From Prevotella sp. (GTDB lineage: Bacteria; Bacteroidota; Bacteroidia; Bacteroidales; Bacteroidaceae), in contig JAGAON010000001.1 in assembly GCA_017623655.1 (NCBI GenBank), forward strand, positions 44,233 to 108,232: a DNA stretch of 64,000 bases. Reading direction: 5' to 3'. The notes beneath the pieces are model-generated. The model worked only from the letters and a program-made list of their open reading frames with translations. It was not told the origin of the DNA and did not search any database. Positions 8,118-20,753 of the stretch are shown piece after piece (the first letter of the stretch is position 1; every line of letters begins with the position of its first letter). Both the position numbers and the translations under genes were made by a program.

Positions 8118-10136
8118 TTATCGTCCCAAAAGAATTAGCAGCACGTTGATGTCTGACGGTGATACACCCGGAATGCGTGATGCTTGGGCAAGCGTTTCGG
8201 GTTCTATCGTTTTCAACTTTTGCCGTGCTTCCGTGGAAATGGCGGCGATATTCTCGTAGTCGAAGTGCCCTTTTATGCGGATATTCTCAAGGCGGTGCAT
8301 CTTTTCCGCCGTCACTTTCTCGCGTTCTATGTACCCCCTGTACTTTATCTCCACCTCGGCGGCTTCGGCAATTTCATCGTGACGGTTTGCGGGAGTGTGC
8401 AACTTTTCCCGTAAACGCGGCATGATTTCGCCGAGCCATTTGATGGATATGCCCGGACGCGCCACCAGTTCGCTGAGCTTGCAGCCCACGCTGAGCGGAG
8501 TGGTGCCGATGGATTCGAGGGCGGAGTTGACCTGACGGGGCTTTACGTTGGTGTCGTTGCAGAAGTTGATGATGCTCTCCACGTGCGCTGCCTTTTCCCT
8601 GTACCATTCAAGACGCTCCGTGGTTGCGAGACCGAATTTATGCGATTTCTCCGTGAGACGTGCGTCGGCATTGTCCTGACGGAGCAGTATCCGGTATTCA
8701 GCACGTGACGTGAACATCCGGTACGGCTCGTCAACGCCTTTTGTGACGAGGTCATCGATGAGCACGCCGATGTATGCCTCGTCTCTGTGCAGCGTGAAGA
8801 AGGAGGGCAGGGACGAACCGTTGTCGCCGCCGAGGTGCCCTGCAAAGAGTGCGGCGTTGACGCCCGCCACGAGTCCCTGACCCGCAGCCTCCTCGTAACC
8901 GGTCGTCCCGTTCACCTGTCCGGCGAAGAAAAGACCGTCGCATTTCTTTGACATCAGCGAGTGGGACAGTTGCGTCGGGTCGAAGAAGTCGTACTCTATG
9001 GCGTACCCCGGACGGTAGATGCGGACGTCGCGCAGTGCCGGTATCATCCTCAAAGCCTTCAGCTGCACGTCCATCGGCAGCGATGACGAGAAGCCGTTGA
9101 GGTACATCTCGTTCGTGTCCGCCCCCTCCGGCTCGAGGAAAAGCGGGTGATGGTCTTTGCCGGCAAACGTTACCAGCTTGGTTTCTATCGACGGACAGTA
9201 CCGCGGCCCGATGGATTGTATCTGTCCGTTGAACAGGGGCGAGTCATCCAGTCCGCTGCGTAACATATCGTGACAGGCCGGTGTCGTGTCGAAAGTCCAG
9301 CACGGCAGCAGCACCTTCCCGCCGTCTTCCGCCGGCCGTGTGGTGTTCATGAAGCTGAACATGGACGTGACGCTCTCGCCGTTCTGCACCTCCGCGTCCT
9401 CGAAATGCACCGACCTCTTGTCGATGCGCACCGGTGTTCCCGTCTTCATCCGGTCTGAGCGTATGCCCAGTGCGTTGATGCTCTCCGTCAGATGCAGCGC
9501 CGCCGGCTCGGCGCACCGTCCGCCCGGCACCATCTTCCTGCCGACGTGCATCAGCCCGTTGAGAAACGTTCCCGCCGTGATGACCACTGCCGGGGCGAGC
9601 AGTTCCACGCCCCATACGGTGCGGATGCCGGTGATGCGGGGGCGGGTTTGAGGTTGAAGGTTGTGGGTTGTGGGTTTAAGGTCAGAGGCATTGCCGGCAC
9701 CTTGTGACCTGCAACCTGTAACCTCAGACATGCAACCTGCTCCTTCCTTCTCCCAAATCAGTTCCTCCGCCTGATCCTGCCAGATGTCAAGGTTCGGCGT
9801 TTTGTCGAGAACCGCGCGCCATTGCCAGATGAATCTCTCCCTGTCGCACTGCGCTCTTGGCGACCACATGGCCGGCCCTTTCGACTTGTTGAGCATCCGG
9901 AACTGTATCGCCGTGGCGTCAGTGACCAGTCCCATGCCTCCTCCGAGCGCGTCAACCTCGCGCACTATCTGTCCTTTCGCAATCCCGCCGACTGCGGGGT
10001 TGCATGACATCTGCGCGATTTTGTTCATGTCCATTGTCACGAGGCACGTCCTTGCGCCGGTCATTGCGGCCGCATGAGCGGCCTCACATCCCGCGTGGCC
10101 GCCTCCGACCACAATGACATCGTATTTCATTTTCAT
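8118..10136 (-). CDS. mnmG: tRNA uridine-5-carboxymethylaminomethyl(34) synthesis enzyme MnmG (GidA), with a ~32-aa repeat-derived insertion
   Basis: YDVIVVGGGHAGCEAA, MSCNPAVGGIAKG, GPRYCPSIE, FFAGQVNGTTGYEEAAGQG and EPYRMFTSRAEYR motifs. Start taken at MKMKYD (10136). Confidence 0.97.
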   Translation of the reverse strand: MKMKYDVIVVGGGHAGCEAAHAAAMTGARTCLVTMDMNKIAQMSCNPAVGGIAKGQIVREVDALGGGMGLVTDATAIQFRMLNKSKGPAMWSPRAQCDRERFIWQWRAVLDKTPNLDIWQDQAEELIWEKEGAGCMSEVTGCRSQGAGNASDLKPTTHNLQPQTRPRITGIRTVWGVELLAPAVVITAGTFLNGLMHVGRKMVPGGRCAEPAALHLTESINALGIRSDRMKTGTPVRIDKRSVHFEDAEVQNGESVTSMFSFMNTTRPAEDGGKVLLPCWTFDTTPACHDMLRSGLDDSPLFNGQIQSIGPRYCPSIETKLVTFAGKDHHPLFLEPEGADTNEMYLNGFSSSLPMDVQLKALRMIPALRDVRIYRPGYAIEYDFFDPTQLSHSLMSKKCDGLFFAGQVNGTTGYEEAAGQGLVAGVNAALFAGHLGGDNGSSLPSFFTLHRDEAYIGVLIDDLVTKGVDEPYRMFTSRAEYRILLRQDNADARLTEKSHKFGLATTERLEWYREKAAHVESIINFCNDTNVKPRQVNSALESIGTTPLSVGCKLSELVARPGISIKWLGEIMPRLREKLHTPANRHDEIAEAAEVEIKYRGYIEREKVTAEKMHRLENIRIKGHFDYENIAAISTEARQKLKTIEPETLAQASRIPGVSPSDINVLLILLGR
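9644..9738. repeat. Inverted heptamer arrays (hairpin) inside mnmG, in frame
   Basis: gggtttg aggttga aggttgt gggttgt gggttta aggtcag ... gtgacct gcaacct gtaacct cagacat gcaacct. Confidence 0.85.
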
Positions 10137-10193
10137 AGCCGTAAAAGTGCAATGTGCAGTTGCTAAAACCGCACTGTGGTTAAAATTATTTTG

Positions 10194-10201
10194 CAAAAGT
10201 A
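10194..10201 (-). promoter_or_regulatory. -7 promoter element for mnmG
   Basis: TACTTTTG on the minus strand, upstream of the start codon. Confidence 0.55.
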
Positions 10202-10232
10202 AGTAATTTTTCTCAAAATATTCATCTTTTAC

Positions 10233-10263
10233 TTTGTGATTTCGCTTTTTTATATTAATTTTG
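10233..10263 (+). promoter_or_regulatory. Sigma-A promoter of sdhCAB
   Basis: TTTG-19 nt-TAATTTTG. Confidence 0.7.
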
Positions 10264-10376
10264 CCGACACAAAGATTCTTTTGATGTACGTGCCTGTGTA
10301 TGTCGGCGCGTAAGTGTTCATTGCGGGAAAAACTTCAAAAAACTATATTTTATCTTAACAACAAACTTAAAAACTT

Positions 10377-11054
10377 ATGTGGTTATTTAATTCATCAATC
10401 GGAAAGAAGGTGCTCATGTCCGTCACGGGCATCTGCCTTATCCTGTTCTTAACATTCCACATGGCAATGAACGTCGTGGCACTTTTCTCCGGCGAGGCTT
10501 ACAATGTCATCTGCGAACTTCTCGGAGCCAACTGGTATGCGGTTGTCGCAACGTTGGGTCTCGCAGCCTTGGCGGTAGTCCACATTGTCTATGCGTTCAT
10601 CCTCACGATGCAGAACAAGGCTGCACGCGGCAGTGAGCGCTATGCTGTTACGGTGAAGCCGGGCAAAGTAGAGTGGGCGAGCCAGAACATGCTTGTCCTC
10701 GGACTCATTGTCATTGTCGGCCTGTTGGTCCACCTTTACAACTTCTGGGCCAAGATGATGCTCGTTGAGCTGTTGCAGAGTGACGGCCTTGACCGTGCCG
10801 CCGACGGTGCCTACTGGATTCAGCAGACCTTCAGCTGCGGCGGTTACGTGTTCCTTTACCTCGTCTGGATAGCCGCCCTGTGGTTCCATCTGACCCACGG
10901 TTTTTGGAGCGCGTTGCAGACACTGGGCCTTAACGGCAAGACATGGTTCTGCCGCTGGAAGGTAATCGGCATCGCTTACGTCACGCTTCTCTGCCTCGGT
11001 TTCGCCGCGGTGGTGGTGCGTTTCTACCTCGGCAGCGTATTCGGCTGCTGCTAA
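10377..11054 (+). CDS. sdhC: Succinate dehydrogenase/fumarate reductase cytochrome b subunit
   Basis: MWLFNSSIGKKVLMSVTG start, multiple TM helices with His ligands, HLTHGFWSALQTLG, and position upstream of sdhA. Confidence 0.93.
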   Translation: MWLFNSSIGKKVLMSVTGICLILFLTFHMAMNVVALFSGEAYNVICELLGANWYAVVATLGLAALAVVHIVYAFILTMQNKAARGSERYAVTVKPGKVEWASQNMLVLGLIVIVGLLVHLYNFWAKMMLVELLQSDGLDRAADGAYWIQQTFSCGGYVFLYLVWIAALWFHLTHGFWSALQTLGLNGKTWFCRWKVIGIAYVTLLCLGFAAVVVRFYLGSVFGCC

Positions 11055-11082
11055 ACATTCATCAATAACATAAGAAAGAAAA

Positions 11083-13065
11083 ATGGCTAAGACATTAAAT
11101 TCACGCATACCAGAGGGACCTGTGGCCGAGAAATGGGCCAACTACAAGGCACACCAGCGTCTTGTCAACCCTAAGAACAAACTGAAGCTCGACGTCATCG
11201 TTGTAGGAACTGGTCTCGCCGGCGCCAGTGCGGCAGCCTCATTGGGCGAGATGGGCTTCAACGTACTCGACTTCTGCATACAGGACTCTCCGCGCCGTGC
11301 GCACTCCATCGCCGCGCAGGGCGGTATCAACGCCGCAAAGAACTACCAGAACGACGGCGACTCAGTATATCGTCTCTTCTACGACACGGTGAAAGGCGGC
11401 GACTATCGTGCCCGTGAGGCAAACGTATATCGCCTTGCCGAGGTGTCAAACAACATCATAGACCAGTGCGTTGCACAGGGCGTTCCCTTCGCACGCGAGT
11501 ACGGCGGCATGCTCGCCAACCGCTCTTTCGGCGGCGCACAGGTGTCACGTACCTTCTATGCCAAGGGCCAGACCGGCCAGCAGCTGCTGCTCGGAGCGTA
11601 CAGCTCGCTCTCACGCATGGTGGAGGCAGGCAAGGTGAAGCTCTACACCCGCTACGAGATGGAGGACGTGGTAATCGTTGACGGCCGCGCACGCGGCATC
11701 ATCGCCAAGAACCTCGTCACCGGAAAGCTGGAGCGTTTCACCGCCAACGCAGTGGTACTCGCCACCGGCGGCTACGGAAACACATACTTCCTCTCCACCA
11801 ACGCCATGGGATGCAACTGCACGGCAGCCGTACAGGCATACCGTAAGGGCGCCATGTTCGCCAACCCTTCATACGTACAGATACACCCGACGTGTATTCC
11901 CGTCCACGGCGACAACCAGTCCAAGCTCACCCTCATGTCAGAGTCCCTGCGTAACGACGGCCGCATCTGGGTGCCGAAGAAGCTGGAAGACGCCAAGGCA
12001 TTGCAGGCAGGCACGAAGCAGGGCTATGAGATACCGGAAGAAGACCGCGACTATTACCTTGAGCGCCGCTATCCGGCGTTCGGCAACCTCGTGCCGCGTG
12101 ACGTGGCAAGTCGCGCCGCCAAGGAGCGTTGTGACAAGGGCTTCGGCGTGAACAACACCGGCCTGGCCGTGTTCCTCGACTTCTCCGAGTCAATACAGCG
12201 TCTCGGCGTTGACGAGATACGCCAGCGTTACGGCAACCTCTTCGACATGTATGAGGAGATAACCGACGTCAACCCCGGCGAGCTCGCCAAGACCGTTGAC
12301 GGCGTTCAGTACTACCACCCGATGATGATCTTCCCCGCCATCCACTACACCATGGGCGGCCTGTGGGTCGATTACGAGTTGCAGACCACCGTTCCCGGCC
12401 TCTTCGCCATCGGCGAGTGCAACTTCTCCGACCACGGAGCCAACCGTCTCGGCGCGTCAGCCCTCATGCAGGGTCTTGCCGACGGCTACTTCGTGCTGCC
12501 CTACACCATACAGAACTACCTCGCCGACCAGGCCATCTGGCCGCGTCTCTCCACCGACCTGCCCGAGTTTGAGGAGGCAGAGAAGGCCGTGGAGAAAGAG
12601 GTTGACCGCCTGATGGGCATACAGGGCAAGCGCAGCGTCGATTCACTGCACAAGGAACTGGGCCACATCATGTGGGAGCACGTGGGCATGGGCCGCACCA
12701 AGGAAGGCCTTGAGGAAGGCCTGAAGATGCTGAAGAAGCTGCGTAAGGAGTTCAACGAGAACCTCTTTGTGCCCGGCACCAAGGAAGGTCTCAACGTAGA
12801 GCTTGACAAGGCCATCCACCTCCGCGACTTCATCGTCATGGGTGAGCTGATAGCATACGACGCCCTCCACCGTGAGGAGTCATGCGGCGGCCACTTCCGC
12901 GAGGAGCACCAGACCGAGGAAGGCGAGGCAAAGCGTGACGACCAAAACTTCTTCTACGTAGGATGCTGGGAATACCAGACCAACGACGAGACCGCTCCCG
13001 AGCTCTCCAAGGAACCTCTGGAATACGAGATAATAAAGGTTCAGACACGTAATTATAAGAATTAA
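11083..13065 (+). CDS. sdhA: Succinate dehydrogenase/fumarate reductase flavoprotein subunit
   Basis: [33 protein letters not shown] and [11 protein letters not shown] motifs. Confidence 0.97.
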   Translation: MAKTLNSRIPEGPVAEKWANYKAHQRLVNPKNKLKLDVIVVGTGLAGASAAASLGEMGFNVLDFCIQDSPRRAHSIAAQGGINAAKNYQNDGDSVYRLFYDTVKGGDYRAREANVYRLAEVSNNIIDQCVAQGVPFAREYGGMLANRSFGGAQVSRTFYAKGQTGQQLLLGAYSSLSRMVEAGKVKLYTRYEMEDVVIVDGRARGIIAKNLVTGKLERFTANAVVLATGGYGNTYFLSTNAMGCNCTAAVQAYRKGAMFANPSYVQIHPTCIPVHGDNQSKLTLMSESLRNDGRIWVPKKLEDAKALQAGTKQGYEIPEEDRDYYLERRYPAFGNLVPRDVASRAAKERCDKGFGVNNTGLAVFLDFSESIQRLGVDEIRQRYGNLFDMYEEITDVNPGELAKTVDGVQYYHPMMIFPAIHYTMGGLWVDYELQTTVPGLFAIGECNFSDHGANRLGASALMQGLADGYFVLPYTIQNYLADQAIWPRLSTDLPEFEEAEKAVEKEVDRLMGIQGKRSVDSLHKELGHIMWEHVGMGRTKEGLEEGLKMLKKLRKEFNENLFVPGTKEGLNVELDKAIHLRDFIVMGELIAYDALHREESCGGHFREEHQTEEGEAKRDDQNFFYVGCWEYQTNDETAPELSKEPLEYEIIKVQTRNYKN

Positions 13066-13070
13066 CATTA

Positions 13071-13105
13071 CGGTTGGAGGTTATAGGTTTTAGGTTATAG
13101 GTCGG
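13071..13105 (+). repeat. Heptamer array, left arm (5 x RGGTTNN)
   Basis: cggttgg aggttat aggtttt aggttat aggtcgg. Confidence 0.85.
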
Positions 13106-13110
13106 AGCGT

Positions 13111-13479
13111 ATGTTAGGCCCTTATAAAAATCTTTTGGTTTGGCAGCAGGCTATCCTGTTTACAACAGAGATTTATAAACTGACACGCACCTTTCCAAGA
13201 GAAGAAATCTACGGACTGGTAAGCCAGATAAGAAGAGCCGCAGTGTCTATACCATCGAATATAGCCGAGGGATATGGACGTTCCACCAATACCGACCTTG
13301 TGCATTTTCTCTATATGGCGTTGGGTTCATCCAACGAAGTAGATACGCAACTGGTGATAGCCATGAATATAGGCTACATAACAAGAGAGCAATATAAAGC
13401 TATGGACACCATAAATGCGGAAATAAATGCCATGTTACGAGCCTTGATAAAAACACGGACAGGCTACGGACAGACCTGA
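13111..13479 (+). CDS. Four-helix-bundle protein (23S rRNA IVP / Avd-like family)
   Basis: YKNLLVWQ, FPREEIYGLVSQIRRAAVSIPSNIAEGYGR and FLYMALGSSNEVDTQL signature. It is visibly AT-richer than the flanking sdh genes. Confidence 0.93.
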   Translation: MLGPYKNLLVWQQAILFTTEIYKLTRTFPREEIYGLVSQIRRAAVSIPSNIAEGYGRSTNTDLVHFLYMALGSSNEVDTQLVIAMNIGYITREQYKAMDTINAEINAMLRALIKTRTGYGQT

Positions 13480-13506
13480 AACCCATAACCCACAACCTCA
13501 AAACCT
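13471..13506 (+). repeat. Heptamer array, right arm (5 x NNAACCY), overlapping the stop codon
   Basis: cagacct gaaaccc ataaccc acaacct caaaacct, approximately complementary to 13071-13105. Confidence 0.85.
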
Positions 13507-13515
13507 TAAAGAAAA

Positions 13516-14274
13516 ATGGCTAAAAATATAACAGTAACAGTAAAGTTCTGGAAGCAGAATGGCCCGAAGGACAAGGGACATTTTGACGAGCAGTTAATGA
13601 AGAACGTGCCCGACGACACCTCATTCCTTGAGATGCTCGACATGATGAACGAACAGCTCATCAACCAGGGCAAGGAACCATTCGTGTTCGACCACGACTG
13701 CCGCGAGGGCATCTGCGGCATGTGCTCACTCTACATCAACGGCACGCCGCACGGAAAGACCGAGCGCGGAGCCACCACGTGCCAGCTCTATATGCGTAAG
13801 TTCAACGACGGCGACGTGATAACCGTAGAGCCTTGGCGCTCAGCAGGTTTCCCCGTCATCAAGGACTGCATGGTCGATCGCTCCGCCTTCGACAAGATTA
13901 TACAGGCAGGCGGCTACACCTCCATCCGCACCGGACAGGCACAGGACGCCAATGCCATCCTCATCCCCAAGGAGAACGCCGACGAGGCCATGGACTGCGC
14001 CACCTGCATAGGCTGCGGCGCGTGCGTGGCAGCCTGCAAGAACGGCTCCGCCATGCTCTTCGTCAGCTCCAAGGTATCGCAGCTCGCGCTCCTGCCGCAG
14101 GGCCGTCCCGAGGCTGCCAAGCGCGCGAAAGCAATGATAGCGCGCATGGACGAGCTGGGATTCGGCAACTGCACCAACACACGCGCCTGCGAGGCCGTAT
14201 GTCCTAAGAACGAGTCCATCGCCAACATCGCACGCCTGAACCGCGAGTTCATCAAGGCGAAGCTGGCTGACTGA
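13516..14274 (+). CDS. sdhB: Succinate dehydrogenase/fumarate reductase iron-sulfur subunit
   Basis: DHDCREGICGMC, CIGCGAC and CTNTRACEAVCP cysteine clusters. Confidence 0.97.
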   Translation: MAKNITVTVKFWKQNGPKDKGHFDEQLMKNVPDDTSFLEMLDMMNEQLINQGKEPFVFDHDCREGICGMCSLYINGTPHGKTERGATTCQLYMRKFNDGDVITVEPWRSAGFPVIKDCMVDRSAFDKIIQAGGYTSIRTGQAQDANAILIPKENADEAMDCATCIGCGACVAACKNGSAMLFVSSKVSQLALLPQGRPEAAKRAKAMIARMDELGFGNCTNTRACEAVCPKNESIANIARLNREFIKAKLAD

Positions 14275-14289
14275 TAACACTGCCCCGTT

Positions 14290-14325
14290 CTCCTGTTGCG
14301 CCGTATCATGGCGCAACAGGAGTTT
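14290..14325 (+). terminator. Probable intrinsic terminator of sdhCAB
   Basis: CTCCTGTTGCGCC-loop-GGCGCAACAGGAG followed by TTT. Confidence 0.65.
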
Positions 14326-14387
14326 GCGGGTTGTAGGTTTAAGGCCTAAGGCCTTTGGCTGACAGGCCGGGCGGATGCCGCCCCGCT

Positions 14388-14475
14388 GCAATCAGCGCCT
14401 TGTCACCATACGAACGGCACCATATTACGGTGCAATCGGCACCTGTTCACGCTGTAATCGGCACCCTTTTGCGGG
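14388..14475. repeat. 22-bp tandem array
   Basis: Four units such as gcaatcggcacctgttcacgct and gtaatcggcacccttttgcggg. Confidence 0.7.
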
Positions 14476-14543
14476 AGCATCCGTAACCCCTTGTGGACGA
14501 GATACTTGCGAAAAAGGTTGCGTAACGTTCTGTTATCCGCCTC

Positions 14544-14622
14544 GTAGGGATGATGTACCACATCGTCTCATTGGCTGCCCCGCATTTCCGGTTATCGAGA
14601 CGATGTGGTACATCGTCTCTAC
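14544..14622. repeat. GTAG-type REP doublet (GTAGAGACGATGTACCACATCGTCTC family)
   Basis: Inverted copies at 14544-14569 and 14597-14622. Further copies at 34392-34417 and 44228-44253. Confidence 0.8.
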
Positions 14623-14726
14623 AAGGCGGTCGCATACCGCCAGTTCTGACAATAACACACACGATACTGTAAAGGACACACTTGATATTCCATTAGGAAT
14701 ACACTATTATATATTTAGAAAACACT

Positions 14727-17711
14727 ATGAAGCGCAAACTATACATATTCCTGTTCCTTTTCTGCCAGATTCATCTGGCGGCTTGGGCGTCCGGCAGTCT
14801 CTATGCCGGTACGGGCGCTTCCGTCGCCGGTGCGCGGATGCTGTCCGTCACGCCGAAAACGGAAGGGCACGGCAGGCATTATGACGTTGCGCATCCGTTG
14901 ATATATGTAGATTCGTGGGCGAAGTGGCCTTACGCCTTCCTCAGTGAGGACGGCGTGCCCAAGGGCTTCAATGTCGATTTGGTGGCCGAGATGATGCGCC
15001 GCCTGCGAATCCCCTATCAGGTGCGCCTGTGCAATCAGGAGAGCGCCCATGAAGAACTGAAAAACGACAGCGCCGACCTGTCATTCGGCGCGGCGGCGGA
15101 CTATAACGCACCCTTCGGGCGTTTCGGCCGCGTCACCGTCTGCCACTACACCTATGGAATGCTCGTGCCGCGCGCCGACTCTACGGGAACCATCAGCATC
15201 AGCCAGCTGCGCGGAAGAAAGAGCATCATCATAAGCAACAACAGCCGTCCGCACCACTATCTGCGCAAGGTGGGCTTCCCTGACAGCGTGCTCACGGTGG
15301 TTACGGACATGGAGACGGAGATACTTCGCGAGGCCACGGAAGGCACCGGCGGCGCATTGTGGAACAGCATGATGCTGAAATGGGTAATAAACAAGTACCG
15401 GCTCGGCGACCGTTTTGTGATTGTCCCCGTTGACATACCATACGGCGAGTACCGGTTCATGTCGGGCGACACCGTATTGCTGGCGCGCCTTGACAGCCTT
15501 TGCGCCGTCATGCAGCAAGAGGGTGAGATAGACCGGCTTATGACAAAGTGGATGTATCCGGAGAAGCAACCGGAGAACAACACATACCTCACCATCGTCG
15601 CCATACTCCTCTGCTGCGCCCTCGTGGCCTTCGCCGCTTACAGGCTGATACGCTATTACCGCCGCTACTATTCCCGCAACAGCCTTGGCGACGTCCGCTC
15701 GCAGATGGAGCTGATTCTCCATGCCAACAAGATGAAGGTCTGGGTATATTTCCCGCAGACCCGGCGCTATGCGTGGATGACCTCCGACGGTCTGGTGAAG
15801 GAGGACTTCAGCTCCTTCGAGTTCTCACGGTTCTATTATGAAGACGACTTCAACGTCATCCACTCCCACGTTACGGACTTCCTGACCAAGGACAAGAAGC
15901 CTGTGACGGAGACGGTGCGCTGCTACTCACTGACCGAGCCGAAGAAGCTGATAAGGGTGGAGGTGAGCATACGCGAGCTGCGCGACGAATACGGAAAGAT
16001 ATACCTTGTCTGCGGAGTGCAGCACGACATAACCGACAGCAAGGCCCGGCTGGACCGCATGAAGCTGTTGCAGGAACGCTACCGCACCGCCCTTCGCATA
16101 TCGCAGGGCACCCTGATGCGCTTCGACGGCTCCGGACGGCTTACCAAACTCAATGAGATAGCATGCCTGAGGCTGGGTATCGACAACATGGAGGAGTTCA
16201 TAGCCGAGAGCTACACGCTGCATGACATAGACCTTCTTGACGGCATAGACATCGAGACCTGCCCCAACGTGCTGCGTTTCACCGCCATGTTAGAGAACAG
16301 GCCCATGTCCGCCCTCGGCTTCACGAGAAGCAAGTACTTCCGCCCGCAGAGGTATGCCATGGCCGGACATTATAACGACGACGGCAATTCCTGCGACTGG
16401 CATCCGACGCACAACGAGGGATATTACTACGTACTCTTCCAGAAAAACACCGACAGCGACGGCAACGTCATCAGCTATATGCTCTCCGTCTATGACCGTA
16501 CCGCCGAAGTGCAGATGATGCGCCGGCAGAAATTCCTGCGCCGGCACACGGAAGTCCAGAGCAGGGAGAAAGCCGAGCTCCACACGCTGCGCAGCCTCAC
16601 GCTGTCCGTTACGGACATCTGGATGCTGACCTATTGCCCGGACAAGAAGGAACTGGTCATATATTCCCGCGACGGACAGCCGTTGTCACGCCTCTCCCAG
16701 CTCAACCTCATCGAACTGGCGGACAGCGACGAGATAAAAAAGATGTTCAAGGTGTTCCGCAAACTCGACAGCCTGCACCGCGGCGAGGTTACGGTTGACG
16801 TCAAGACCCGCCTGCGCAACAGCAGCGGCGAGCGCCGGCACTTCAGCTTCCACCTGCATCCCACCTACGGAGACGGAGGCAAGGTACTTGACTATTTCGG
16901 CACCTGCCGCGACGTCACCGCCCAGCTCTACGCCCTGTTCAACCTTGAAAAAGCCACGGACAAGGTGCGCGAGGCGGACATACTGCAATACGAGTTCCTC
17001 AAGAACACGTCCTTCTCCATGCGCCAGCCGCTCATCAGCATCAGCCAGCACATACAGAACCTCTACAAAGGCAACGACAGCAAGGGCGAGGAACTCATCG
17101 TAAGGTCAATCTCGTCAGACATCATGCGCCTCATAATGCTGTCCGACGACACCATGCTCCTGTCACGCATCGAGGCCGGACTGTTCACCGTCAAGAACGA
17201 GCCGGTGGACTTCGTGCAGCTCTTCGGCGACACGGTCAGCAAGGTATTGAGCCGCTACCGCACCGCGTCGGTCACCTACAACGTGCAGGACACATACGGG
17301 AAGCTGGTGGTCAACGGCGACGCCACCGTCCTGTCGCGGATACTTCATGAGGCGGTCGCGCTCTCGGCACGCTACACCAAGGTGGGGACGCTCTCCGTGC
17401 GCTATATGTACCGCAAGGGAATGCTGACCCTTCTGGTGGAGGACACCGGGCAGGGCATACCCCCGAGCATATTCCAGCGCATCTACGAGGCGCACATAGG
17501 CGACGCCTATACCATGACGGAATCCATGCAATACGTGTCGGGTCTTGAGATGCCGATATGCAAGGCGCTGGTGGAAGTGATGGGAGGAGTGATAGAAATA
17601 GAGTCAGATCCCGGCAGGGGAACCAACATATACATACAGCTCCCGGTGGAGCAGATGGAGAATGAGGGCACTGCCGACGAGGAGACACCTAAACGAAAAA
17701 ACATCGTCTGA
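14727..17711 (+). CDS. Membrane sensor with a periplasmic substrate-binding (PBPb-like) domain, PAS-like domains and a degenerate histidine-kinase core (probable pseudokinase)
   Basis: Signal peptide, HPLIYVDSWAKWPYAF, and a TM segment near aa 290. The H-box reads FLKNTSFSMRQPL (no His), the N-box EAVALSARYT, G1 EDTGQGI and G2 SGLEMPICK. Confidence 0.85.
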   Translation: MKRKLYIFLFLFCQIHLAAWASGSLYAGTGASVAGARMLSVTPKTEGHGRHYDVAHPLIYVDSWAKWPYAFLSEDGVPKGFNVDLVAEMMRRLRIPYQVRLCNQESAHEELKNDSADLSFGAAADYNAPFGRFGRVTVCHYTYGMLVPRADSTGTISISQLRGRKSIIISNNSRPHHYLRKVGFPDSVLTVVTDMETEILREATEGTGGALWNSMMLKWVINKYRLGDRFVIVPVDIPYGEYRFMSGDTVLLARLDSLCAVMQQEGEIDRLMTKWMYPEKQPENNTYLTIVAILLCCALVAFAAYRLIRYYRRYYSRNSLGDVRSQMELILHANKMKVWVYFPQTRRYAWMTSDGLVKEDFSSFEFSRFYYEDDFNVIHSHVTDFLTKDKKPVTETVRCYSLTEPKKLIRVEVSIRELRDEYGKIYLVCGVQHDITDSKARLDRMKLLQERYRTALRISQGTLMRFDGSGRLTKLNEIACLRLGIDNMEEFIAESYTLHDIDLLDGIDIETCPNVLRFTAMLENRPMSALGFTRSKYFRPQRYAMAGHYNDDGNSCDWHPTHNEGYYYVLFQKNTDSDGNVISYMLSVYDRTAEVQMMRRQKFLRRHTEVQSREKAELHTLRSLTLSVTDIWMLTYCPDKKELVIYSRDGQPLSRLSQLNLIELADSDEIKKMFKVFRKLDSLHRGEVTVDVKTRLRNSSGERRHFSFHLHPTYGDGGKVLDYFGTCRDVTAQLYALFNLEKATDKVREADILQYEFLKNTSFSMRQPLISISQHIQNLYKGNDSKGEELIVRSISSDIMRLIMLSDDTMLLSRIEAGLFTVKNEPVDFVQLFGDTVSKVLSRYRTASVTYNVQDTYGKLVVNGDATVLSRILHEAVALSARYTKVGTLSVRYMYRKGMLTLLVEDTGQGIPPSIFQRIYEAHIGDAYTMTESMQYVSGLEMPICKALVEVMGGVIEIESDPGRGTNIYIQLPVEQMENEGTADEETPKRKNIV

Positions 17712-17763
17712 CGGCCAAACGCCCGCCAGACGGCAGGCAAATACCCGTCCTACATAACCGACA

Positions 17764-20688
<2,925 letters not shown>

Positions 20689-20753
20689 CGGCGGCTTCAG
20701 GCGGTGCGCCGGGCCATATAAGGACAGCAACTTTTGAAAAATAATATAAAATC

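Noticed and set aside
10137-10376. AT-rich spacer next to mnmG as oriC
   Set aside because: It is explained by divergent promoters, and no DnaA-box cluster was seen.
13111-13479. Avd-like gene as part of a diversity-generating retroelement, or as an rRNA intervening sequence
   Set aside because: No reverse transcriptase, TR/VR pair or rRNA gene is present in the window.
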